Assembly (NCBI GenBank): GCA_030704615.1
Contig: CM060732.1
Span: 80,600,001 to 80,664,000 of the forward strand
DNA: 64,000 nt
Source of the DNA: Takakia lepidozioides
Lineage: Eukaryota > Plantae > Bryophyta
Direction of reading: 5' to 3'
Shown here: piece by piece, positions 1 through 13,205 of the stretch
Layout: the number at the start of each line of letters is the position of its first letter
Position numbering within the stretch: the stretch's first letter is position 1
The notes under the pieces: generated by a model
Database searches by the model: none
What the model was told of the DNA's origin: nothing
Seen by the model: only the letters and a program-made list of their open reading frames with translations
Translations under genes and position numbers: made by a program

Positions 1-690
1 CTTTGGATCCTCCATATTCTCTGGTGGAGCCCCGAATCTCTCCGAACCAACATATGTGGCCACGGACGTTGCTCGCGATAATCTGAGGAGATATTTCTCA
101 AGCTTCTTCAATAAGCATTTGTCCTTTGCAATTGTTTCAAAGGTCGGAGGGTAAATGCATGACCACGTGGGATTGACAACACACTTTGTTGGACTATCAT
201 CAACAAGGAGAGTATTGACATCATCATATCGACCTGGGTACTTCTCCCACACTTTTCTAAGAGGCTTAAGAAACATAGATGGATGATCTGTTTGATTTTG
301 TCTTGCCTTGTACTGAGGATCAGAGGATCAGTATTTGGGGGGCAGACTATGCAGTCGTTCTGAGTCATAACAAAAACAGGTTGTGGCAGACCTTCAAAAA
401 GTCTCTTAACAATAGGCATGAGGTTTCGGAGCATCATGCAACTCCAGATAGCTAGATCAAATGAACCACTTAATGAACGCCAGACTTGATCATAACGTTC
501 ACGTCGGTAGACCAATTTCTTGCCAATGACTAAAGGGCTGTTTGAAATGTTTGCTTGCACTGGAATGTTCATTCACAACAATATCCTCCTCAATTCTCTC
601 TGTGCGGCAAAGCACACCGTTCAGGTCAAATATAATCAACATTCGTTTTTGGACACTATGTATCTCGCCAAGAGGTCGCTGAGGCTCATT
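1..690 (-). pseudogene. NIF/FCP1-homology HAD phosphatase-like coding exon, frameshifted, runs off the window edge
   Basis: Manual minus-strand translation across two frameshifts: KRMLIIFDLNGVLCRT (HAD motif I-like, ~600-650), VYRRERYDQVWRSLSGSFDLAIWSCMMLRNL (ORF 108..572), NTLLVDDSPTKCVVNPTWSCIYPPTF (~135-215), LEKYLLRLSRATSVATYVGSERFG (~30-100). Putative AG acceptor at ~691. Confidence 0.75.
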
Positions 691-1119
691 CTGGTGAAAT
701 CAGAGAGTTGCAACCCCAAAACAAACGAGTTAGCAAGAAGATACACAATTATTGTAATAATCATTCAATAATACGAAGGCCACTAAGCACAATTATTTAT
801 ACCGTACATATACACACATGGTTTGGCTCCGAAATCAAAGAACCACAACATAATATAATGTTCTTGACTCATTGGGGCCAATGGACAAAGGGGTTATAGT
901 TTTGGGTCTCACTGCTATATCAAGAGTGGATAAAAGATGACACTAAAGAGTTATCCATAAGTGTACGTATTACATTGGGTCATAAGATGTAATTAGCTTT
1001 GTTATGTGTTTGAGAATTCAATACTTCGGAACATGTTTTGAAGTCCACACATCTAAAAAAATTGTAGAGTGAAGTTCATATAGTGTAGTAGCACTTTACC
1101 AGATTTAGAGATGTTTCAC

Positions 1120-3060
1120 CCTGCTCATTGCTCATCTCCTTGATCTGCTGCTGTTGAGGTTGATTTGGAATGACTGGGGGAATTCCCTGCTCCTGGAGCC
1201 TCTTTTGTCTCTTGGATCTGTGACAACATCTACAGTGCATGTGCTGCTCCAGTGCTGTGTGTCTGTAGTGACAGCGGGCTAAGGACTGCGTCGGAGCTTG
1301 ATTGGCTAACGTTGGTAATCACAGCATGATTTGTTACTTCCACTTAGGTCTGAGTTGTCCGATGTAACTCTGAGGGTGATTGCGACATAGTGATCTCCCT
1401 CGTTTCTGAGAGTTGAACCTAGAACACACAATTATATTCATGAATATTAATAGTTACAAAAGATGGATATCAAACATGTAATCAAATAGTTTACCAAGGA
1501 ATGTACTACTCAAATTTATTGCAAACATTCATATCAACGGTTTTCAACAATGTCTCATCAATCTACCCAATCATAGTGTTTCCTGATCAGAGATGTTACG
1601 TACTTCATTCACTTTCCCATTAGACAATCCTTCTCTACACCTCTTCGTGGGGATGGGAGATTGAAAATCCAGAGGCCTATCACTAGCTGCAGGAACAAAA
1701 CCCCTATGCTCAGCCTCTACATCATCCAAGGCATTTGTTTCCTCTGGACGTGGGGATATTAGACCCTTCCCAAGTACCGCACCCATTATTGACTGGACAC
1801 GATAAGTCGGAATGGCATGTGGGACAGGCTCAAGAAACTACACTGTTGGTGGGCGATCACCACCATCATTGTGAAGAGCCACATCCAAGACATCAACAAA
1901 CTCTATCATGGTATTTTCCGGGACCTGCACATCAGATGCAATTGGATCTACCAGATTCACCATATTGGCCTGATGACCTGTGGCATCGTAATCCAGCATC
2001 AGATTCATAGACCCAAGTTTCAAATTCCTCTCAAACAACGATAATTTCTCGTTATTTTCCTCGTTATGAGGACTACTAGTACCATCACCAATACCACCAG
2101 TACTTGGACCTCGGGTGGCACTGCCTTCTGTGATTTGAGGTGAGACTCTTCTGACCACATCATCTTGTGGTTCCTTACTATTAGTCCCATGTTGACTGTC
2201 TTCGTCTGACACGCTGGAATCTGAAACATCCACTATGGGATTGATTATGCTAGGGATAATAGGGTTCAGTGGTGGATCACGCCCCCATGTTGACTCCCAG
2301 CGGTGCTATGTTGGCCTTCGGTTGGACCTTTCCCTTTCTCTTGAAGGGTTAAGTGACGAAACTCTGCCTCTACCTTCTGTTTGCATACCACCTTTTGGTC
2401 GTGGGAGTTGAAGTCAAGAACGTGTACTTGAAGAGCCTGGTGATATGATGATTAATCGTGTCAGACAAAAGATACAAGCTAGAGACAGTGGAAAAATATT
2501 AAACATCCTACGCATGAATTATAAAATGACTTCGGACCTTGTTTCAAAGTCATCAACTAACAAAAATGAGATAAGTGAAAGAGAGCAAATATATAAAAAT
2601 AAAGTGAAGAGATATAAAAAAAACTATAACTCGGAATATATTGATAATGATACTAGCACTTACATGGAGATGACAAGAAAGTGCAGGTCCTCCAAAAATA
2701 TTGACCACCGCCATTCCTGCCGTAGAAAACGAAGAGGCGATGTACGCATATGCAGAGCTGCGAAGCTCATGAGTGCAGGACTTCAAATTCAGCTCGCGGT
2801 CTGTAAATTCGTCATTTGTACCCCTCAAGACAGTTTGAATTGGTTTGACTCTCAGACATCTATCAATGTGCTCCTCTGGACGCACAAACTCTGCAGATGA
2901 GACTGGAAACACATAGTCCAGACAAAGATATGGTTCCGACAATCCAAACTTGCAGAACTTGTATTCAGTCTCCATCGCCCCAGGAAAATAGAGACCTTCA
3001 ACACAAATAATTCTTTTGGCACCCTCTCCAGTTCGAATGTGGTAATTGAGATGTATCAAA
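1120..3060 (-). pseudogene. Degraded upstream coding exons, probably of the same gene as the NIF-like exon
   Basis: Chain of minus-strand ORFs (1571..1786, 1838..2233, 2553..3059) separated by AT-rich intron-like stretches; no recognisable domain. Confidence 0.35.
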
Positions 3061-3344
3061 TAATTCTTTAAGCCACCAAGATTGAACTGAAGGACTTCGA
3101 AACAGGGTCCGAAGTTGTTTCCATGTATTACAAATTGTGGGTACGAAAGTCCAACTAATGAAAGAAGAATGAAACACTGTAATAGACACAGGAGTTAGGG
3201 GAGATCAAAATTGTTATTTTGTGACATATGGAACATTTAATTCGATAATAGCATCACATACTACATTGACATGTTGAGTAAACCCTTTGCAAATGTGAAA
3301 AGGTCTTTATCACTAATGATGTACACTGGATGATGGCAACGTGG

Positions 3345-3740
3345 GTGGTGGCTATGAGTATGGACTTCGTAATAGGGTCTGAAGTCCAGCTCGTCAGAGA
3401 TCTAACAGTATAAATGTTAAGTTTAAAGTTATTGCCGATATATATGGATGATCTTCAAATCCCTGTAAATATAAAAAATACAAATACTTAAAATGAATAA
3501 GAACGAGGATTCTATAGATGTATCATCTGGTGGGGACTTCGTAACAGGGTCCGAAGTCCAGCTCGTCAGAGATCTAACAGTAAAAATGTTATGTTTAAAG
3601 TTATTGCGGATATAGATGATCTCCAAGTCCCTGTAAATATAAAAAATACAAATACTTAACATGAATAAGAATGAGGATTCAGTAGATGTATCATCTGGTG
3701 GGGACTTCGTAACAGGGTCTGAAGTCCAGACAACTCAATT
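3345..3740. repeat. Tandem repeat of ~170-bp units containing a GGACTTCG-N10-YGAAGTCC palindrome
   Basis: GGACTTCGTAAYAGGGTCYGAAGTCCAG recurs at ~3362, ~3534 and ~3702 with near-identical flanks; further copies at ~3092 and ~3998. Confidence 0.85.
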
Positions 3741-4334
3741 AACGATTGCAGGACCACTACATTTAAATATACAAGAACATTTGAATGCAATCTCTATAAT
3801 ATCTATATATAGACTTTGATATAGGGTTTGAGGTCCATCACAAAAAAAAAGACAGTTAAACATAGGATCTTAGGACCTCTATAAATAAATAAATATAAAT
3901 ATTTAGTGTGACCAAATTGCACCAACTTATATATGAGTTTGCATTATGATATGGCAACTATTAGTGATGGCAAGGTGGTGGTTCTGGTTCTCAGAATGGA
4001 CTTCGTGACAGGGTCCGAAGTCCACCGAGTCAGAGACCTGACTTGAAAATTTACTTCATTCCATATATATATATATATCACATATTATTTTAAATAGAGT
4101 AGAATATTTTATGAATTTAATATGAATAAATATTATATAATATGTACACATAAATAATATATAATGCATATATAATATATAATATACATTATATATAACA
4201 GATAATATTTTAAGAATATGTATATATATTTTTGATATTGATGTACATGATATAAGTATATATATATACTGATATATATTTATATTTATATTGTGTTTTT
4301 AATACATTTATAAATATATAATTAACATTCTATT

Positions 4335-4722
4335 TAGAACTAGTATGTGAGATCCCAATCCGAATGTTGAATGCCAATACCGATTTGATATCTATATTTG
4401 AATCTAAATTCGATATCTAGATTTGTTCATGAATTCAGGGTTTCACGGTTTCAGACCAAATTCATGCCACATGTAAATGAAACAGTGATCGTGTGCTAAA
4501 TGCCACACCGTTTCAGACCGTGTTAAGAACTAGTATGTGAGATCCCAATCCGAATGTTGAATGTGCTCCAAGAGCCATTGATATCTATGTTTCAATATAA
4601 ATTCGATATGTAGATTTGTTCATGAATTCAGGGTTTCAAGGTTTCAAACCAAATTCATGCCACAACATGTATATGAAACAGTGATCGTGTGCTAAATGCC
4701 ACACCGTTTCAGACCGTGTTAT
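4335..4722. repeat. ~190-bp tandem duplication
   Basis: AGAACTAGTATGTGAGATCCCAATCCGAATGTTGAATG...GTTTCAGACCGTGTTA occurs at ~4335 and ~4526. Confidence 0.9.
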
Positions 4723-5874
4723 GATACAGAAAGAATTAACAAACTTGAATAATGTATTTGTTCTGCAGGAGATGTTGTATTTGCTTAGACCATCCGCACT
4801 GTGTTCACAAACATAGACATCTGTGAATATTATTTGTATATGCCATCACCAAATGATGGAGAAAGAGCCTCAAGGTATTTGACAAAGAAAAAAAGATTCT
4901 GAAGAGAAAGAGGATTGAGAGAGGGAGAGAGAGAGATAGCACGAACCTAAGCTGAAAATCGTTAAAAAAAATTATAAACAGAGAATTTCTCACCTACTGG
5001 AGCTACTAGAGCCCGTCATGCTTGCGGGCTGGTCCCCGCTCCTCCCTACTCGCAGCTATGTCTGTTGGGGTTCCTGAAACCAAACTTGCCCTTCCAAATA
5101 CGTTGTAAATACCTAGTCCAAGAAACACCAAATCGTCATAGCCAAATCGTGACATCTACAAGAAAAGTCATAGCCCGCAGCTGCTTTGAGGTTGATGGCT
5201 ACGGCTGCTGGCCATGGGCTGCTGCTCTTCTAAGACCAAGTTGAACCTCTCAATACCTTGTAAACAGCAAGGAAAAACCACATCGTGATACCTATATGAA
5301 GAGCCAAAAGCCGCAACTTGCTTCCTCCGGCAAGCTGCTGGCTACAACTGCTGGTCTAATCTCCTAATACCAACTTGACCCTAACTTAGAAACACCAAGC
5401 TTGACACCGCTCCCAAATACCTTGTAAACGCCAAGCTCGTGAAACACCAAGCACGCCAAGCACGCCAAACGACACGGTCCAGCCAACTTAGAGTCATCTT
5501 TAACCCACCGCTGGCTTGCATCGTTGTTCGCAGGCTGGTTGCAGCTCGTCTTTATAACATAATGAACACTCAAACTAACACTAACAATCTCTAACAAATA
5601 AATTTCATCTGGATCATGACCTGAAACAAAATTTCTCTCTAACACTAATTCTCCACCCTACAAATCTCTCTAACACTAATACTCCATACTTGCCTTGCAA
5701 ATCTAAGGTACTCTCCTTGCTCACAAAGATTCTACGCTCACATTTCGCTCGCTCCACGCTCTCACTGTCTCCCTCACACAGCCCGATCGAGCAGCCTGGC
5801 TGAAAACAAAAACCAAAAGAGAGAGAGAGCTCTCTCTTTCACGATATAGACTTGGCAAATCGCTCATCTTCCTC

Positions 5875-5903
5875 ACCGTCGGATCTGAGTCAGATCCGAC
5901 GGT
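5875..5903. promoter_or_regulatory. Perfect 14-bp-arm palindrome near the putative promoter of the minus-strand gene
   Basis: ACCGTCGGATCTGA-G-TCAGATCCGACGGT, just upstream of a minus-strand TATA-like site (~5845) and a GA/CT-rich tract. The palindrome is certain; a regulatory role is inferred. Confidence 0.4.
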
Positions 5904-6485
5904 TGTGGCATTTTTCCTTGGATGGAAAGAATGGATGTAGGGTGGATAGTCCATCCATCCAAATCCATAACTAGCTACTTTGGGGGGCCTGCAAAATCCA
6001 TTATGGCGGGTAAGCGGCGCCTCCAAAAACACATTATGGGTCCATTAATATGAGGATAAAGTGCAGATCTTGTCCCCCCAGTGGTTTGGGGCTCAATTCC
6101 TCTTGGCATGCACTCAATGGACATTCAACAGTCGGGATCGTGCAGATTAAGAGGATAAAAAATGGACCTCCACACATCCGCGGATTTTGATTGGGCCGTC
6201 ATCTATACATGGCAGACTTCATCCATCATGACCAATATTTCATCCAGGTTATGGTGAAGTAATCACCATTTTGACCTTGAATAGTTTGATTAGTTCGATA
6301 AATTCGATCCCCATTAGGGTAGATAAATTTGATTAAATGTGGTATATGCATAAAGATCATATTCTCAAATTCATTTTATTTTCTTCTTTGAAAACAAAAA
6401 GATGAAGTGGCAGCTGAAAATTGAGGCTCTTTACAAAGGGCGGGGGAAGTAGGGGAGGGGATAAAATTGACCCTTAGTGACCGAT

Positions 6486-7140
6486 CAGGATTTGAACCTC
6501 AGATCATTGGCGTGATGTGCACCATATACTGAATTGTGTCACTTACCATTATGCGCGGGCCCCCACGAGTAGTTATGGCGGACAAGGGGGTGGCTGCGTG
6601 GCGAGCTGAAGGGCATGTGGGGTCTTTCTAAATGACTTCACACACGTGGTAGCCTCATAATGGCCCAAATATGGATTCATATCTACTTTGCATGTGTAGG
6701 CCACATCGACACCTCAAGATTTGAGCCTCGACTAGTGGCATGATGTGCACAATATATTGAATTGTGTCACTTACCATTATGGCGGGCCCTCACGAGTAGT
6801 TATGGCGGACAAGGGGGTGGTTGCGTGGTGAGCTGAAGGGCATGTGGGTCTTTCTAAATGACTGCGCACACGTGGTAGCCTCATAATGGCCCAAATATGG
6901 ATTCATATCTACTTTGCATGTGTAGGCCACATCGACACTTCAGGATTTGAGCCTCAGACCAGTGGCCTGATGTGCACAATATATTGAGTCATTTACCATT
7001 ATGGCAAGGCCCCACCAGTAATTATGGTGGACAAGGGCATGACTGCACACGTGGTAGCCTCATGTGGCCAAAATCCACATGCGCACATGTCGTAGCCTCA
7101 TAATGGCCAAAATCCACTTTGCTTTTGCATATGTAGGCTC
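6486..7140. repeat. Tandem repeat of ~229-bp units, about 2.5-3 copies
   Basis: Unit GATTTGARCCTC...GATGTGCAC...TTACCATTATG...GTAGCCTCATAATGGCC starts at ~6488, ~6718 and ~6944. Confidence 0.9.
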
Positions 7141-7511
7141 TTTCATAATGTGCTCAAGATTGATCGAGCTAAGGGAGGTTGCAAACTCTCATATGTTTGC
7201 AACCGTGCGATCATGATTCTCCAACAATCGACGGCTAACATAGGTTGATCCCTGTCATAGCGTCCCCCACCTCTCTTGAAGGAACACGTTGTGACCTACA
7301 CCAAACATCCCACATGTATAAATAAGAGGTCTCAGCTCATTTGCTTCCTTTCTTGCTCATCTTATACCTCTATGATCATCCCGGAGCGCTCTCTCTTTCC
7401 CTCTTTCTACCCCACCCCTCTTCTCTTTGGTTCTCTTCATGGTCTCGCTCACTACTAGTGAGTGCTCTTTCCACCCTACCCCTCTCTTCAGAATCGTCTC
7501 TCACTCCCCTG

Positions 7512-7750
7512 GTAGCATTTCGTAATATGTTTCAAAGTTTAGTTTGAATAAATTTGTTAGTCGATCCATCCGGAGGTATTTCGTAACATGTTTCAAAATT
7601 TGATATGAATACATTTGTTAGACGATCCATCCAGTGGTACTTCGTAACATGTTTCGAAGTTCAGTGTGAAAGACCTTGTTAGTTGACGATCCATCCGATG
7701 GTACTTTGTAACGTGTTTCGAAGTACAGTATGAATGGATTTGTTGGTCAT
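7512..7750. repeat. ~60-bp tandem repeat, 4 copies, in the 5' region of the transposase
   Basis: TAYTTCGTAAYATGTTTCRAA...TTTGTTAG..GATCCATCC repeated four times. Confidence 0.85.
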
Positions 7751-8115
7751 TGGTCATTGTTTAGACGAATCTCGAGGTAGGGCATTTGGGATTCCAATTT
7801 TCACATTAATGTGTCCAAATATACCGTCAAATAAAAATAGCTAGTTCGGGAAGTTTACAAGGTGGAAGTTCGGACTGTGTTTCGAAGTCATTGTCATCCG
7901 TGAGAAGATTCTTGGTTCAGTCGACATGTCTCTATTTAAAAGCGGAGATAGGGTGTCTCTATATCTTCAAGGGGGTGGTCAAGTTGTCGCTCTCGGTGAT
8001 TCCTTAATCTGGTAGTGGATCATGTCATGGCCTCCAGCTTACTTCATCGACAATTAGTGTCATTATTGTCAGCTGCTCAAACACAAATGATAGGACAAAT
8101 CTCCCATATCCTCAT

Positions 8116-11100
8116 ATGGGAGCAGATACGATTAAGGAGGCAATTGGAACGTCGGTTTGCTGGGATGTCCGAGATGTTAAGCTAGCCCAAGTCGACATTC
8201 AAATTGAATCTGAGTCTGGTGATGGAGTTCCTCAGAGACCTCATACGGATAAGACAGACATGGAGAAGCTTGAAGAGGCCATGGATCATCATGGGAAACA
8301 AGATAGTTCTACTCATGATTCATTTCCAAATGATCATATTTTGGGAAGAGACAAGTGGAGGAATATGATGTGTTGTCTTTTGGATAGAGAATCTGATCAT
8401 TTCTATGAAGGGAGAATTCAAGTGTCTTTTCCTGACGAAGTCATTCTCTGTGACAAATTGGGAGAGGACCATGTTGGTGTTATCATCACACGAGTTATAG
8501 GAGGGGATTCCGGAATGCTCATATCACTTGTAAAGTGGCCTCTGAATCAGACAAAGTTGGTAGAGACAGGGATTATGCTCTCTGAGGCTCTTGAGCACTT
8601 TTATAGCTCCAACATTGATTCTGCGAATGATGATGACTCTACTCCAGGAATCCAAAAAGGTCCATATCGACTTTTCACCAGAATTGCCAGAGACCCGGGA
8701 TTACAGAATTCGAGGAGTCCAAACGATTGTTGTCCCTTGAATCTGTTCGACAAGTGAGTAGTAAGCCATGTTGTAAGCTAAAGTGTTGCCAACATTTTGA
8801 TTGGAAAAGAACTCTTGCCCCAAGGACAACTTTCTGGGCGTCAACGTTTGATTCTAGGAGAGAACTTGGATTTGATATTCCAAGGCGTCTTCATATTGTT
8901 CAGGGTTGCAAACGGAGGAGCTACATAACAATTGAAGGTGTCGATATTTGCGAAAAAGCATGGCGGACCATTTTTGGGGTTGGCCGTTCAACATACATGG
9001 AGTACAAGAAGTTGAGCAAAGAGGGTGTTATTACATCATTTCATGGGAACTCGGGGATGAAAAAGCCACGATCAAATACCCTCTAGGCTGAGGGAAACAT
9101 TCTTTCAATCGTTAATGGGAATAGTGAATGCATGCCCCATAAATTGAGGAGCATTGGCAATAGGAGACGAGACACTTTGAGGCTGCTTCCGGCTGATTTG
9201 AATTGGAGGAAAATTCGTGTTTAGTCCAATGAGGTAAGTTTATTGAGCTCTCATTTGCTATCATTGACATTCTATATATACTACCACTTCGAACCTCGTT
9301 TCGATGTGACTGTCTTTCTCGATTTTCTTTCCCACACTACGTTATGTTTCGGGATAATACTTAGAAGCATGCCGGCTCTATGTGAGTCCACGAGACGTAG
9401 ACGCCGGAATTTCTGTTTACTTTCTACCCGTTGGAGTCCTTTGATTCTTCTCAATCTGTTGTGCACTATTTCGGTACCTAATTGGGTGTTTTATCTCGTG
9501 GACTTAAAGTCATTCATCATATTTTATGTATTGATTCATTACCATTTTGGATGCAGGTCAATGGTATCCTTGGTCTTGCACCTGTTTCTAATTCGACCAT
9601 AAGTCGGATTCGAAAACGAGTTTTTTCAAATGTTGAAGTACGTAAGTGTGGGAGTACTTTTGCAAAATGCACAGAGTATGAGATGTTGAAGGATCTTATC
9701 AAAAAGTCTGTGAAGGGAAGTGATGATCAACTCAGCCATAAAAAAACTTTAGACAAACATTTGAAGCATCAAGAGTCTTGTCGGAGGCTTTATCACAGCT
9801 GGAGAAATGAATCCGCTATGATGGGAAATGAATTTCTTTGCATCATCCATGATAAAATGGATCACCGAAAGACGACTCTTCCACGTCTACAAACCACAAA
9901 CAAGATGATATCAAGATTGGGTCAACTTCCAATTTCCTTGACTGGGATGGTAACTTGGACACGGAGATGGAGCATATGCCCAGTACTCGGTCGATTTGTG
10001 GCCTGGAGATCCGAATTTCACTATTGGTTCTGTTGCAAGATATCTCCGCCAACTTGAGAAACCTACTTGCAAAGAATCAAGGAATATTTTTGACCATCCA
10101 TTCCAAAATGATTTTTTTGAGTAATTAATGTGGGGAAAGTCTAGATGCGTAGATGCGTTGAAGCCGTTACATCCAGAAGCCCAAAAAGGACCACGGCCAT
10201 TGCCTCGGAGATTATATTTGCAGATGGATAATTGTGTGAAGGACAACAAGAATAGGTGGATGTTGGCATTTCTTTCTTTGTTCACAGCAAGGGGTGTATT
10301 CGAAGAAGTTCAATTGGGATTTCTGATGGTTGGTCATACGCACGAAGATATAGATGGATTTTCAGCTATCTTTCAAAAAATTTGAAAGAGAACAGCACTT
10401 ATGTCCTCTCAGATTTAATGAGACATTTCATGGTTTCTCAGGAGTTGCAGTTTATTCCACAAATCATTCAAGAAGTTCCTGACTTCAAGGAGTTTGTACA
10501 TGGTCATATTATTGATGGAAAAGAGGCTCTTGTTGGAGTTTCTGATATGCATGTTTTTCGGTTTTACATGGATTCAGAAAATTGGCCTGTCATGCAATCC
10601 AAGAAATCCGTGACCGATTCTGATTGGCTTCCAAAACAAAGTGCAGTTAAAATGTGGAAAACTCTTGACGATGGATCTCCTTCACTCCCCGTGGGTGAGC
10701 CCAAGTCAGTGCCCATGAGACCAATTTGGGGAGACAACGAAGATGCGGTGCAGAAGCAATCTATCATCAAATCCGGACTAAAAAAGTATCTGGAGTTTTG
10801 GAGAAAATGAATGAATATTGATGAGCACTATGGAACTGTCATGAAAAAGTATGATCAATACTGGACTAATATTCTAGAGGAGCTAGAGCTTCCACTTGAG
10901 GATCCAAAAAATACTGGTCTTCTAGAAGGATTTTGGCCCCCTACAAAATGGCGAGAAAGTCACATGAGAGAGGGATTTAATGCTCACTCTAATGAATCAA
11001 GTGATCATGAAGTTGAGGAAATGTTCCTTATTGTGGGCCAAGGTGTGATCGTCCAAAAGAAGGTCTAAATCCGTACAAAGACATTGAAAAAGGATTTTTT

Positions 11101-11506
11101 ATCCTTGTTCGCCCTCATGATCCTAATACATATCCAGTTTGGTTGGGAATGGCATCATCCGATGTAGTTTGTGATAGAAAGAATATCAATTACAAAAAGG
11201 TCTTTGTTGAGTGGTGGAGACCAAAGAAGGGAGGTAATCCATCTGATTTGGAAAGGTACATGGATTGTTGGACAAAAACTTGGGAATTCAACCCCGAAGA
11301 GATCTCCACAGTGGATCCATGTTGACACCGTTGTTTGGACCATGCCTGCCAGAAAGAATACTACGAGGTCAAGCACAAAGCGGATAAGTGTCAAAGAGGC
11401 AGAGAAAGCGAAAACTAATATCGATAAAGCGAATCTCCAATGCGTAATTTCGAACAATCTGAAGACATTAACCATGATGTATGATATGTTAACAATGACA
11501 CATTGA
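8116..11506 (+). mobile_element. Decayed DDE-type transposase gene (DUF7869-like, possibly Sola-related), copy 1, one intron ~9234-9556
   Basis: Motifs CCKLKC, IIHDKMD, YLQMDNCVKDNKNRWMLAFL, FLMVGHTHEDID. Several stops and frameshifts. GTAAGT...ATGCAG intron sits at the same position as in copy 2. TATAAATA at ~7318. Family name recalled from motifs, not searched. Confidence 0.75.
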
Positions 11507-13014
11507 CGTCAATTCAATCAAAGTTTGATTTTAATAATAGGATTCGTGTCACCAAATTTTTTTTTATCAGATTCAGTAGTTGTATGTTTATTTATTTTTA
11601 TCTTGATGTTGTTTTTGCTACAATGTGATAGTGATTTGAAGTGTATGACATATCATTTTGTACCTTGGAAATCTTCCTCAGGTGTTAATTAATTATTGAA
11701 ACAACTAGAAAATATTGTTTTAGGCATTATGTGCATATTAATTGTAGGAATTATGATAGGTGAACTCAACATATCATTATAGTGGGCATGATAAGATGGA
11801 CATGTTTGTATTTAACAGACGTCATTATTAGAAATGTAGGTAAGACTTCTGCCCTAGTGGATAAGTTATATATATACGTGTAAGTTGCGAATTATTTTTG
11901 TCAAGAACACACATTGGTGTAACTAATTAATTGTAGGAACGACAAGAAAACATTGTATTGGGCATTAGGTGGTTCGTGTGTGCATACGGTCTGAGCATCG
12001 GTAAATATGTATTGACAATATCTATCAATAATACACTAGTCAATTGTATGAGTTACAAACATGATTGCATTATAATGGACAATATGAGGTGGATGTCATG
12101 TTTGTATGGATGGGATGTCATTATCAGAAATTTAGGCATTGACATGGTGGATATAATGTACTAATATGCTAATAAGTGTGTGTTGACAATTATATGTATG
12201 GATTTATGTGTTAAATGTGTGTTGACAATTATCTTTTGAAGGTTTACTAATGTATATTTAAATCAATGTTTTTGTTTTTACATCAGGGTTTAGGGTTTCT
12301 AGGGTATTGGTACTATGATTAGGGCACTGTAACTTATTTCATGAAATGTTGGTTCCTTTTGAAGCTTACTAATATGTTACCTTAAATCTATTAAATTTCT
12401 CTTCACATCATATATACGGTTTAGGGTTTCTAGAATATTATTTTCAAGTGTACTATTATTAGTGCACTCTAAATAGAATGAGAAATTGAAAAGCTTACTA
12501 ATATTTACTCAAATCTGTTTTTATTCTTATTACATTATAGTTAGGGTTATGTTGACAAATGATGTCAATTCTGCATAAAAGATTTCATGAAGTTAACATC
12601 AATGAATATTCTATATTATCAAAGTTTTCAATGTGATTCACTTTGATATATTGGACTATGATATCATGCAAATATTATAGAGTCCGACGGTATGTCTTTC
12701 GTCAAGAGTCTTGACTTTTTCTCTCTCCTTGTGTGAAGGGCTTTCTAGGGGACCCATTTATCAAAGTTGAACACGTGAATTAAATTGACTTCATTGACTA
12801 AACTAAATAGCATTGTCATCAAATTTGTTCCAAAGATTTCTCATTTGTATTACAAACTTTCAAGAATTAGAATTTTTAATAGTTCAACTTCAATTTCGAA
12901 GTGAAATAATTAAATATAATTATTTCACATGTTATTTGTTAAATTAAATTAAATTAAATTAAATTGTCACGTATACTAAGTTTGGTCCGGAATTAACGAA
13001 AAAATCCGGAATTA

Positions 13015-13205
13015 GTTAAAATTGAGTTTCAGGGAAGTTTTCTGCCTAACTTCATTTTCATCAGACAATCTCATGGCAACAGACATGGCTTTGGACACTA
13101 CAGCCTCTAAGTCAGATTTATCAACCCATATTGCAGATCCGTATTCCAAGGTAGGTCTAATAATGCGACAAAACATGGTTTTCTTAACCTCAGAGTTGAC
13201 CCCTC
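13015..13205 (-). mobile_element. LINE ORF2 fragment (post-RT thumb region), same family as 15.3-17.2 kb
   Basis: IIRPTLEYGSAIW motif; DKSDLEAVVSKAMSVAMRLSDENEVRQKTSL matches the reverse complement of ~15505-15600 and ~16955-17050. Confidence 0.7.

Noticed and set aside
7512-7750. CRISPR-like regular repeats (also 3345-3740)
   Set aside because: The 'spacers' are homologous to each other, the context is eukaryotic and there are no cas genes.
12283-12550. TTTAGGG telomere-like motifs
   Set aside because: Only scattered one- or two-unit copies, not an array.
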